Below, in pieces: positions 1-10,500 of a stretch of 64,000 bases of DNA; the first letter of the stretch is position 1; the number at the start of each line of letters is the position of its first letter. The position numbers and the translations under genes are program-made. Source of the DNA: an uncultured Bacillota bacterium (GTDB taxonomy: Bacteria; Bacillota_I; Bacilli_A; RF39; UBA660); the NCBI GenBank assembly GCA_947168485.1, contig CAMVLZ010000003.1, positions 32,997 through 96,996 of the forward strand. Reading direction: 5' to 3'. The notes under the pieces were generated by a model. The model did no database searches and had not been told where the DNA came from. It saw only the letters and a list, made by a program, of their open reading frames with translations.

Positions 1-1487
1 ATACTGAAGGCTTCATATTCTGACTTAGTATATTTCTTGTTGTTTGGGTTATAGTTAAGTATTTCTAAGTAATTATTTTGATTAGTTTTACCTTGTTCTT
101 CATAAGTAATATTTCCAAATACCATGTTATGAGATGATGGGTAATCTGCTCCTCCTATTTCATCTGACATGACTTTGTTAAATATATCATTTATATTTTC
201 TAATACTTCTTTTCTTGATCTAAAGTTCTTTAATAAATCTATTTTAATACCTTGATCAGTATCTCTATATAGATCATATTTATCTTTAAATATATATGGG
301 TTAGCATTTCTAAAACGATAAATAGATTGTTTTATATCTCCTACCATATAAACATTATTATTACTTATTAATGAAATAAATGCTTCTTGAGTATCAGATG
401 TATCTTGATATTCATCTATTAATATCTCATTAAATGAGTATTTTAATTCTTCTTGTATATCAATATTATCTTTTACTACTTTAATAGCCATATGAGCTAT
501 ATCATTAAAATTATAGATATTATTATCTTCTTTATATTTAGATAATCTATTATGTAATTCTAATAAGATATTTACTATCTCTTCAATATTATCTTTAGTA
601 GATAGTATTTCTTCTATTGATTCATTTAAATCATCATAAATACATAATTCTTTTAATGTATCTAGTTCTTTCTTTAGACTTTCTTTTATAGACTTTTGAT
701 AATCAGTGGAACCTTTAGGTACTGATGGTAATTTTATATCTAAATGAGATTTTATACTTACATAGTCTTTTGATTCTATTAGATTAGATACTAAATCATA
801 TATTTTAGAGTTATATTCTCCATCAAAGTTATAATTTATATCTTCTAGAATTATTTCAATATTATTAATATGTTCTTTTATTAACTTAGTATAATCATCT
901 ACTATAGAGTTAATATTATCTTTAGAAAAAGTATTTTCTATATAGTTAGATAAATATTCATACTTGTTATATTTTAATTCTATTTTTCCATATATATTTA
1001 AAATATAATTAATTAGAGTTTCATCATCTTTTAGACAAAAGTTATTTATTAAAGATTTAAATTTATCAGTTGGATTAGAATACTTTTCTTCTAAGATTTC
1101 ATTTATTATTCTTTTCTTTTCTAAATTAATTATTAAATCATCAGTTATTTCAATATTATTAGTTATATTTAAGTATGTATGATACTTCTTTACTAATGAT
1201 AGAGAGAATGAGTCAAATGTTGTGATATAGGCACTATCTAATAGTTCTAATTGATCTTTTAACTTAGGCTCTTTTTTTATTCTCTTTCTAATCTTTTCTT
1301 TCATAGATGCGGCAGCTGCATTAGTAAAAGTAAGTACTAATAATTCTGTTATATTTACTCCACTTTGTAATTTTCTAAATACTCTTTCTGTAAGTACAGC
1401 AGTTTTACCTGATCCAGCTCCTGCAGAAACAATAATGTTTGTACCTTCAGAGTTGATTGCTTTTAATTGATCTTCAGTCCAAGCCAT
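1..1487 (-). CDS. addA: ATP-dependent helicase/nuclease subunit A (AddA/RexA, UvrD-like). About 495 N-terminal codons; the 3' end runs off the window.
   Basis: My translation from the ATG at 1485-1487 reads MAWTEDQLKAINSEGTNIIVSAGAGSGKTAVLTERV...LVLTFTNAAAASMKEKI...TTFDSF, which gives UvrD/PcrA motifs I and Ia. The start overlaps the addB stop by 1 nt. I checked the frame open at positions 3-59. Confidence 0.8.
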   Translation of the reverse strand, partial: MAWTEDQLKAINSEGTNIIVSAGAGSGKTAVLTERVFRKLQSGVNITELLVLTFTNAAAASMKEKIRKRIKKEPKLKDQLELLDSAYITTFDSFSLSLVKKYHTYLNITNNIEITDDLIINLEKKRIINEILEEKYSNPTDKFKSLINNFCLKDDETLINYILNIYGKIELKYNKYEYLSNYIENTFSKDNINSIVDDYTKLIKEHINNIEIILEDINYNFDGEYNSKIYDLVSNLIESKDYVSIKSHLDIKLPSVPKGSTDYQKSIKESLKKELDTLKELCIYDDLNESIEEILSTKDNIEEIVNILLELHNRLSKYKEDNNIYNFNDIAHMAIKVVKDNIDIQEELKYSFNEILIDEYQDTSDTQEAFISLISNNNVYMVGDIKQSIYRFRNANPYIFKDKYDLYRDTDQGIKIDLLKNFRSRKEVLENINDIFNKVMSDEIGGADYPSSHNMVFGNITYEEQGKTNQNNYLEILNYNPNNKKYTKSEYEAFS

Positions 1488-3803
1488 TATTCTTCACCTC
1501 CTAAGAAACTTAAATCTTCTACTGTATCTAAGTATTTAGTATCATCATTAGTCTTATAACATATATCTTTAAAATTACAGTATTTGCAAGAAATATCATT
1601 TTTCTTATATATTTTAGGATTAATAGAAAAATCTCTTTCAATAATATTATCAATAGAATCACTAATTACTTTTTCAGTATAATCAGTCATTTTATCTACA
1701 TCTTCATCTGTTAGTATTTTAGTATAAGCACCAAATTTATCTGAATAAGACATAGATTTAATTAAATCACTTTTTTCATATGAAGAATCAAATATAGATA
1801 ATCTTTCTAAATCATCAGTAGAATATCCTACTAACTTAGTATTATCATTTATTATTTTATTATAATCATTATCTTTTAATGACCATGTTGGTCTATCAAA
1901 TAATATATTTTGATAATATATACCAGTAAATTTAGGATTATTAAATTCATTAGATTTTTCTATTAAATATAAATAACTAGGTAATTGTAAATGTAGTCCA
2001 TATTTCATAGGAAGAATATCTGTATCTATAGTTCCTGATTTATAATCCATAATTGAATAATTAAAATCGGATAATTTATCATTATAAAATATTCTATCAA
2101 TGAATCCCATGAATTCTGAATCTACTTTTTTATTTAATGGAATAGTTATTTTCTTTTCGAATAGAGATTTATTATAACCTGTTATTAATAATTGTTTCTT
2201 TTCTACTTCAATTAATTCTTTTAATTCTTGTTTTATACGTACTAATAATAATTTCTCTTTATTAGTTAATTCTTTATCTACTAAGTAATCATTATAGTAT
2301 GATTCAAAATCAAAGTTATCTTCAAATATATGAGTTAATATATCATGAAACATAGTACCTATAAATGAAGCAAAATTTGATTCATAATTATCTATTTTTA
2401 AGATATATTTTAAATAATATTTAAAATGACATTCATTATAATTATTTAGTGAAGTATAAGAAAATCTTAATGGTAGTTTTATATTCTTAGTAAAATCAGA
2501 TATTAAATTATACTTATTAGAATATGTTTTATATGGAATCTTATAATGAGTTAATAATTCTCTTAAATCAGTATATTCTTCATTATAAGTTGTATATAAA
2601 TCTAAGTACTTAGTAAGTTTTAATTTATTATAGAAATTAGAATATTCTTTAGTAATAGGTGTATCTTTAATAACATTAAAATTATATTCATCTATTAATG
2701 GAGATGGATAATATGAATTAAATGATGATGATAAATGATATGAAATAGTTATATTCTTAATATTAGATAAAATATGTATTAAAGATTTCTTTCTTCTTGT
2801 ATTTTTATATGTTGTTTTATATAGAGGAAGTTCTTCTTTTTCTTTATCAGAAATATAATCTATATCTTTATCAATAATAGGAAAAGAATCCATATTAAAA
2901 CCTAGTAAAAAGACATATTCATCATCGTTAATAGTCATTTCATTAATATCTATAATATTAATAGCTTTATCTAACTTAGTTTTTGTATAAGTACTAGATT
3001 TAATTTTATCTATTAATAATTCTTTATATTCTATTGAATCATCTTCTATATCTACTAAGTTATTTTTAATTGATAATAGTTTTTTATTTATATTTAGATT
3101 ATCTAAATTATTAATATCAATATTATTAGTATTAATAAAATCTTGTACTACTTTAGTAGAATATATTTTAGATTTATTATCTATATTTATTGGTATATTG
3201 AAATAATTAAATATTCTTTTAACAGTGTAATAATAATCTTTAGATACTCCTGTTAAATATATTTTATTAATATCTATATTATTATTTATTAATTCAATTA
3301 TCTTTGTACATATAAATGATACTTCATCTTCTAAAGTATTAAATTCATATACATCATTTGAATAATCTATATCATTAAATTCTATTTTAGTATTAAGAGC
3401 TAATTCTTCATACTTATCTAAATCATAATAATTAGATACTATTATATTTTTATTATTAATATACTTTTTAAAATAAGTATTCTCTATTAATAAATTATTA
3501 TCTAATAATTCTTTCTTTATATCTTAAATAATTAATCTTATTAGATTTATAATCTTTATTAATATCAATAATATTCATATATTTTAAATATACTTTGATA
3601 ATATCTATATTTAGATTATATTTTTTCATTAAGTACATAATAGTATTATCATCATATGAGTAATAATAGTTATCAATAAATTCTTTTTTAGTCATAAATT
3701 TTATATTATGTAGTTCTTTTTCATTATTAAAACTATCTAATATTTTTAATTTATTAGAATTAGGTGTAACAATAATGTTTAATTTATCTTTTGAAATGTT
3801 CAT
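1487..3803 (-). pseudogene. addB: AddB/RexB-type helicase-nuclease subunit B, interrupted by an apparent +1 frameshift near 3500-3523
   Basis: The C-terminal part has a PD-(D/E)XK/Cas4-like nuclease: NECHFKYY, GFIDRIF, MDYKSG, QLPSYLYL, and a terminal CKYCNFKDIC Fe-S cysteine cluster. It sits immediately upstream of addA. The frame of ORF 1487..2938 stays open upstream to a stop at 3524-3526. ORF 3498..3839 ends at 3498 in the neighbouring frame. Total length 2317 nt = 3n+1. The likely true start is the ATG at 3801-3803 (MNISKDK), with GGTGAT 5 nt upstream. Confidence 0.7.
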
Positions 3804-3827
3804 TTTAATCACCACTATTATTATAAT

Positions 3828-3855
3828 AAAAAAAGACAAATATTTCTACTTGTCT
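3828..3855 (-). terminator. Rho-independent terminator after rpmF
   Basis: Hairpin AGACAA/TTGTCT at 3834-3855, followed on the minus strand by a U-tract (plus-strand A-run 3828-3834). Confidence 0.55.
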
Positions 3856-3859
3856 AATC

Positions 3860-4066
3860 TTATTCTTCTTCGTTAACTTCTAATTTAGCTTCACCTTTAT
3901 AATATCCACATTTAGGACATACTCTGTGAGCTTTGATCATTTCACCACAATTAGGACATTTAACCATTCCAGGTACTTCTAATGCCATGTGAGATCTTCT
4001 TTTTCTTTTTCTTGTCTTAGATACTCTATGATCTGGGACAGCAAAAAGTTGGATATTTAACTTCAT
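3860..4066 (-). CDS. rpmF: 50S ribosomal protein L32 with an 8-residue N-terminal extension
   Basis: [50 protein letters not shown] is a canonical zinc-ribbon L32. AAGGAG lies 8 nt upstream of the ATG at 4064-4066. Confidence 0.9.
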   Translation of the reverse strand: MKLNIQLFAVPDHRVSKTRKRKRRSHMALEVPGMVKCPNCGEMIKAHRVCPKCGYYKGEAKLEVNEEE

Positions 4067-4072
4067 TATTAA

Positions 4073-4570
4073 TCACTCCTTTTTATAATCGTCCAATAAT
4101 TGTCTAAATGGATTATTCTCATATTTTTCTTCTTCAGCTTCTTTAAGTAAATCTTCTTCAGAGACTACTCGCCAATTATTTCCATGGAATTTTTCCAAGT
4201 TTTCTTCTTTAGTATATTTTATTGGGACTTCCAGTTCTATATTTTCCCATAAAAATGGAAATATATCAAGTCTATTTTCGTTATTTTTTAAATTTTCTTC
4301 TAAATAATCATCATAATCTATAGAAAAGTTGTATGGAATTTCTTCTAAAGAAATTGAATCTTCTAGAGTCATACTACCACTTATATTACATTTAATATAT
4401 ATTTGTTCAGATAAATCTTCATCTTGGACAAGTTTGATATAACCTTTTACTTTCACTGGCGTAAGAGATTTTATCCTTTGGTCTGTGTTTAATTCTTGTG
4501 GTATGGTGTATTCTTCATTTAATTCTATTTTATCTATATTACGATCATATAATTTATTTAAACCTATCAT
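4073..4570 (-). CDS. yceD: YceD/DUF177 family protein
   Basis: Size, acidic composition and the conserved position directly upstream of rpmF. C-terminal NPF..L motif. Confidence 0.7.
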   Translation of the reverse strand: MIGLNKLYDRNIDKIELNEEYTIPQELNTDQRIKSLTPVKVKGYIKLVQDEDLSEQIYIKCNISGSMTLEDSISLEEIPYNFSIDYDDYLEENLKNNENRLDIFPFLWENIELEVPIKYTKEENLEKFHGNNWRVVSEEDLLKEAEEEKYENNPFRQLLDDYKKE

Positions 4571-4571
4571 A

Positions 4572-5132
4572 TTATCTCCTTGCTAGAATATTGTTATTTT
4601 CTAATATTTCTATTTTTCCATGATAATGAAGATTCTCATTAGTCTCTTTCATTTCATTTGATGTCCATACTCTAATATTATAATCTCTTGTCTCTAATGG
4701 TTCTAGAGTTGTATCTAATAATACTGAATCTACTAATTCATTAATAGTATGTATATCATATAACTTAGAGTTTTCTTTTATCGCAACTTTTATATATTTT
4801 TCTGGTATTAAGAAATCTTTACAATTATCTTTTAATATTTCATCTTCATCTTTTACTAATTTAATTGTTGTTTCTACTTTTTCAGTTAAATTATTTTTAA
4901 TAGTAAATTCATAAGATTTAGATGCTAGACCTACATTATCATTTAGAGGTGTTACTTTATCTAGAGTTACTTTATCTCCTGTATCATCTCTAAATATTAC
5001 ATCTAATGATTCTGATGAATAATCTATAGTCTTATCATTATGAAATTTATTATATATTAGATAAGTACTTAGACATGCGAATAAGATTATAATAGTTATT
5101 TTAATTATATTTTTTATCAATACTTTTTTCAT
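4572..5132 (-). CDS. Hypothetical N-terminally membrane-anchored protein
   Basis: ORF with one N-terminal hydrophobic helix (IIKITIIILFACLSTYLIY) followed by a ~150-aa soluble region. Tightly packed between neighbouring genes. Confidence 0.6.
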   Translation of the reverse strand: MKKVLIKNIIKITIIILFACLSTYLIYNKFHNDKTIDYSSESLDVIFRDDTGDKVTLDKVTPLNDNVGLASKSYEFTIKNNLTEKVETTIKLVKDEDEILKDNCKDFLIPEKYIKVAIKENSKLYDIHTINELVDSVLLDTTLEPLETRDYNIRVWTSNEMKETNENLHYHGKIEILENNNILARR

Positions 5133-5133
5133 A

Positions 5134-6042
5134 TTAAACCTCTTTTTCTATTACTTTATTTACTACATCTATAGCAATTTCTAGGGTTGTAGTTGTTGCG
5201 ATAAATTGACTATTATGACAGAATATTAATCCTTTTATCTTAGATTTTTCTTCTAATTCTTTATCTCTTAGACCTTTCCATTTAGATGGGAATGGTAATC
5301 TTAGAGATCTATCTTTTATTGACTTAGGTACTGTTTTTATAGCATACCCTCCTCTTTTAGATGGGTATATTACAAATAGTATATCTTTTCCTAAATCATC
5401 ATTTAGAATAGTTTCTTCAAATGGAAGATATTCATCTAATACTAAGTATTTTTTATTATCATTTTCTTTTAGTTTTTTTAGTACTACTTTTTTTGATTGT
5501 ACTTTGTTTATTGCATATAATATTTCTTCTTCAAATATTATTTTAGCTACTTTTACTGCTTTAATGAATTGAGTATCTTCTTTCTCATTAGAAAATGTTT
5601 TTGGATTAAATAATTTGAACATATCAGGAAGAGTTGTGACTCTATGATTTCCTTCTATTTTAGGAAATTGACCATTATCATCAGCATCTACTTGTTCAAT
5701 TAATTCTTTTACTACATAATCAAATACTTCATCTATATCTTCTACTTTTTCTTGCTTTAAATAATCTTTTCCATACTTTTCCCAAAGTAATCCTAATGAT
5801 GAGTATTTTATACCATTTTGTCTTACTTTGGCATCTTTCATATGATGATCAAATTCTCCATAACCTATGTCATAGATTATTTTATCTTTATAATCTTTAG
5901 CATCTATATTTGATGTTCTAAATAGTTTTATATCTTTTTTATATAATTCTAAGAATGCAGTTGCGAATACATCATCTGAGTGCATTGTTCCTGAATGTGT
6001 TACATAATTTGCTTTTTCTATGTCTTTTACTAAATTTATCAT
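5134..6042 (-). CDS. MYG1/UPF0160 family metal-dependent hydrolase
   Basis: THSGTMHSDDVFA and GEFDHH motifs typical of the MYG1 family. Confidence 0.7.
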   Translation of the reverse strand: MINLVKDIEKANYVTHSGTMHSDDVFATAFLELYKKDIKLFRTSNIDAKDYKDKIIYDIGYGEFDHHMKDAKVRQNGIKYSSLGLLWEKYGKDYLKQEKVEDIDEVFDYVVKELIEQVDADDNGQFPKIEGNHRVTTLPDMFKLFNPKTFSNEKEDTQFIKAVKVAKIIFEEEILYAINKVQSKKVVLKKLKENDNKKYLVLDEYLPFEETILNDDLGKDILFVIYPSKRGGYAIKTVPKSIKDRSLRLPFPSKWKGLRDKELEEKSKIKGLIFCHNSQFIATTTTLEIAIDVVNKVIEKEV

Positions 6043-6049
6043 AAATCAC

Positions 6050-6739
6050 CTAGTCTCTATTTCCTGCGAAGATAAGTACTAATCTTAGAATAGATAAAAG
6101 TGTTGATGTTACTGCGGCTACATAAGTTAGTGCTGCGGATGTTAACATCTTTGTAGCATAGTGATGTTCACTCTTAGTAACCATGTCATACTCTTCTATC
6201 TTTTTTAATGCTCTTCTTGATGCATCAAACTCTACTGGTAACGTTATTAATTGGAATAATAAGATTACACATTCAGCTATAATACCTATTTTTATTAATC
6301 CTACTAATGATAGGATGAATCCTAATAATATAGCAACATATCCTAAGTGTGATGCTAAATTAACTAGTGGTACTATAGATCTTCTTATTTTCAAAAACAA
6401 ATAACCATCTTTATCTTGTATAGCATGTCCACATTCATGTGATGCGACTGATATTGCTGCGACTGTTGATTCATTGTATATTCCGTCTGATAATCTTACT
6501 GTTTTTGATGATGGATCATAATGATCAGTTAAATTTCCTTCTATATGTTCTACTTTTACATGATGTAAATCATTTTTATCTAGTATTTGTCTTGCGATTT
6601 CTTTTCCTGTTAATCCTTTAGTATTATTCATTTGAGATGTTTTATTATACCATCTTGATATATATCCTTGAGCGGACATTGAAATAATCATTGCGATTAT
6701 TATTAAACCATAACTTATAAATAAATCCAACATTATCAT
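6050..6739 (-). CDS. Membrane zinc metallopeptidase, YugP/Zn_peptidase_2 family
   Basis: LTDHYDP...VRLS...VAAISVASHECGHAIQ motif plus flanking TM helices. Confidence 0.8.
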   Translation of the reverse strand: MIMLDLFISYGLIIIAMIISMSAQGYISRWYNKTSQMNNTKGLTGKEIARQILDKNDLHHVKVEHIEGNLTDHYDPSSKTVRLSDGIYNESTVAAISVASHECGHAIQDKDGYLFLKIRRSIVPLVNLASHLGYVAILLGFILSLVGLIKIGIIAECVILLFQLITLPVEFDASRRALKKIEEYDMVTKSEHHYATKMLTSAALTYVAAVTSTLLSILRLVLIFAGNRD

Positions 6740-6776
6740 CCTCTTTCTTGGTTTATTATATCATATAATTTTATAA

Positions 6777-6799
6777 TAAAAAAGAGGATTACTCCTCTT
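6777..6799 (-). terminator. Rho-independent terminator after the AIM24-family gene
   Basis: Hairpin AGAGGA/TCCTCT at 6782-6799, followed by a U-tract on the minus strand. Confidence 0.55.
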
Positions 6800-6803
6800 C
6801 TAA

Positions 6804-7490
6804 TTAATTACCTTTTGGCATATATGGAATTAATCTATTAGCAAATTCACCAAAGTTTTGTGATTGAATCATTACTCTACCTGGACCTGTTAATTTTGTT
6901 AGGAATAGTCCTTCTCCTCCAAATAGAATATTTCCTAATCCTTTTACTGTTTCTATTTCATATTGCATAGTAGGTTCAAAAGAAACAATGTTTCCTGTAT
7001 CTACTTTAATTACTTCTCCTGGTTGTAATACTTTTTCAATTATATCTCCATCAACTTCTAAGAATAAGTTTCCAGTTCCTGTTGCTCTTTGTAGGATAAA
7101 TCCTTCTCCTCCAAATAATCCAGCTGAAAATCTCTTAGTTAATTCAACTTTAGTATTAATAGTATCTTCTGCACATAGGAATGCTCCCTTTTGTAAGATT
7201 AATCCTTGTGGATATTGAGTCATATCAATGGGAACTATAGTTCCTGGTACAGTTGAAGCAAATGCTACCATAGCATTATCTTGTAAAGCTTCATAATTTG
7301 CCATGAACATTGATTCACCAGCAAACATTCTACCAATACCACTCATGATACCATTACGAGCATTAGTACTCATATTAATACCAGCTGATTGGTATGCCAT
7401 TCCTCCTCTCTGAGTATAAACTTTTTGTCCTTTTTGTAGTAGGATTTCTACTACTGGTACTGTTTGACCAATTACTTTATAATTTAACAT
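6804..7490 (-). CDS. AIM24/TIGR00266 (DUF124) family protein
   Basis: Full-length pattern MLNYKV..GQ...E..L..GQKVY.Q.GGM..., GES.F, GGEGF.LQ, GPG.V..QS. Confidence 0.75.
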   Translation of the reverse strand: MLNYKVIGQTVPVVEILLQKGQKVYTQRGGMAYQSAGINMSTNARNGIMSGIGRMFAGESMFMANYEALQDNAMVAFASTVPGTIVPIDMTQYPQGLILQKGAFLCAEDTINTKVELTKRFSAGLFGGEGFILQRATGTGNLFLEVDGDIIEKVLQPGEVIKVDTGNIVSFEPTMQYEIETVKGLGNILFGGEGLFLTKLTGPGRVMIQSQNFGEFANRLIPYMPKGN

Positions 7491-7513
7491 AAAACCATCC
7501 TTTCCTTTTATAG

Positions 7514-10500
7514 TTATTTTATTATTAAATATATAGTTAATATAATTATTATTATTGATATAAATAGTATTATTGTAGGAATAGATATAGTTTCTATATA
7601 ACCAGATTTATTATTATTTGAATTATTATTATTTGGTTTATCTATTCTTAATACTTTATTAGTAGATTTTTCTTGTTTTTTAGTAGGGGTATCACTCATT
7701 TTAAACATTTCTTGAAGATCAGAATTATCTCTTTTTACAGGTCTTGGTGTTTCTTCTTTAGGTGTATGATCTAATGATAAAGATTCTTTTACTTTAGTTG
7801 CTATTTTTTGTAATAATTCTTTTCTTTTCATAACTGTTTCTGTAAAATGAGGAGATTCTATTTTATCTACTATAAGTTTTAGTTTTTCTTTTTTAGTTTT
7901 TGAATCTATTGATTGATCTTCTATTATTTTATCAATTGTTTTTTGGGGATTTTCTTTTTCGATTAGTTCATTTATTTTATTAGGTATTTCTTCTATAGGT
8001 GTTGTATCTTTTAAATTATCAATTAATTGAGTAGAAATATATTCTTCATAAGAAATAGCTTCTTCTTTTGTTTTTTGATGTGCTTCTTGTAGTTTTTGAT
8101 TTTTTTGTCTTTCTATAACTGGGTTATAATCATAATCTACAAAATCTAAGTTATTTACTTCTATCTTTTTTAGTGCTTTTTCTTGATCAATACCCATTGT
8201 AGTTAACATTGATGGATGATGAGCATCTGCACTACTTATTACTTTTACATTTTCTTCTTTAGCAATCTTCCAGAATAATTGATTTGGATAAGACTTATCA
8301 TTTGCTGCTCCTGATAAATTTAATTCTAATGGAATACCCATTTCATTTGCTTTAGAACAAATCATTTTTGCTGCCTCAGTAGCATTTTTTAAGAATAGTG
8401 TTCTATCTTCTTCACTTCTTATCGTTTTTAATTGTTCCATAAATATATCTGGGTGAGCTACTATATCAAATAATCCTGTATCTATTGCTTCACATATAGA
8501 TTTAGCATATTCTATTGGATAATTTGGATTGTTTTCTCTCTTTGTCTCAGTTAATCCATCTTTTACAAAGTGTTGTCCTAATATTAAGTAATCTACTTTA
8601 TCTCTTAATTCTACTAATAATTCTTTTTTAGATGGATCATATTCTGCTTCGAATCCTGAAAGAATTGTCATATCAGGATTATCTTCTCTTAACTTATTAA
8701 TTGATTCAATATACTCATCTACTTCTGTAATATGCATTCTATTCTTTGGTTGAGGGTATTCTAAATCAGTATTTGGTACATGATCAGAAAAACCTAGTGT
8801 TGTTATACCAGCAATTCTTGCAGCATCTACATATTCTTGATCACTTGCATTTGGAGCATGTCCACATCTTGTAGTATGAGTGTGATAATTAAATGGTCTA
8901 GGTGCCTCTTTTCTCATTACTCTTTTAGTTTTAGATTCCATCTTATCAGTATAGAATCCACTATGAAGAGTTTCTATAGGTTCTTGTCCTTCTCTAATTC
9001 TCTTTTCATTTTCTAATGTAACTCTAAAACTTTGTGAATCTGTTTTACTCCAAATAGTACATCCTCTAATATTACATTCTTCTTTTAACTTATTAATACA
9101 TTCTAGTACTTCATTTACTTTTTGATCTCTTAATACTTCTATCTCTTCTGAAGATAATCCTTCTACTCCATGAGACATAGTAATATCTAGTTCTGTTACT
9201 TCTATAGGTAAACCTAGAGTACTAAGTGTTCTAAACATATTTTCTATTTTTTCTATAGATACATCATTATCTATATGCATTTGAGTACCTATACTATCTA
9301 ATATCTTTATATTATGTTTTTGTTCATACTCTTGTATTTCTTTAATAATTTTGACTGTTTCAGATAATTTATTTGGATCTACTAGATGATCATCATTATA
9401 CATAAAATCTACATTAGGAAGATTTTTTCTAGCGACCGCTATAACATCACATAAATCTTCTAAATTTAAGTGTTTTAACCAACCAGATTTAATATTATCT
9501 GGAACTTCTCCATCAATAATAGTTTGCTCTATATCTCCTCTATATTCATAAGGATTAGGTCCATCTATTGGAAAACGATTAAATAATTCATTAAAAGTAT
9601 CTATACTTCTAACACAATCATATCTTCCAAGATGAGAAGTTAATTCATCTACATATTTAGTTAAGTTTTCTTTTACTAATTTTTTGTTTTCAGGAGTTTT
9701 ATCTAATTGATATAACTTATCTGGACAATCCATATAAAATATTAAAGCATTTAATCTTACTTCTTTATCTAAATCTTTAGCAAATTCTAATACTTTATCT
9801 AAATCTCTAAAATCACAAGTTCCATCTTCTAAAACAATATTTCCGTATTTAGCGACTTCATCAATTGTTATTGAATTATAATCTTCTTTTATTCTTTCTA
9901 TTAAATTAGTCATTGCTTCTACTGAAGTGGATTTTATTCCTGATTTTTCAATAGGTTTTGATTCTCTTAATACTTCGTATATTTTATGTACTTGTTCTTG
10001 ACTAAATTGTTCATTAAGAGCTTTAATTATATCTTGAGTAGTTTTTTGTTCATTGATTATTCTTCTTACTATTTCTTTTTCTTCTTGTGTTACTTTGTCA
10101 CTTTCAAATAAATAATTTATTTTCTTTTTTAGACTTAATGATCTATCTTTAAAGAATTCTTCTTTACTTAATAATTTACTTTGATAATCTTTAAATATTA
10201 GTCTCTTATATTCTATAAATTCTTCTTTAGACATATTTTTATATTCAATAACTTTAATTATATTAGCTCCTTGATCAATTACTTCTTGTAATTCTTCTGG
10301 AGATTCTGCTAATAAGATTTTCATTAAATCTATATCTTGAACATTTAAAGTTATACCTGAATAAGTTAATCCTAAATCTTTTATATCTTTTATTTGAGAA
10401 GTATTTTCTTGTGGTTTGTCTATTCTTCTTTCTACTAATTGATCTATTGATGAGAATATTTCATTTATACTATTTGTTCTTGTACTATAATAATTAGCTA

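Noticed and set aside
3498-3839. The 113-aa ORF as an independent gene, including its upstream start at 3839
   Set aside because: It is better explained as the N-terminal part of a frameshifted addB. The first 12 codons overlap the rpmF terminator and a -10 box, and the RBS-supported start is at 3803.
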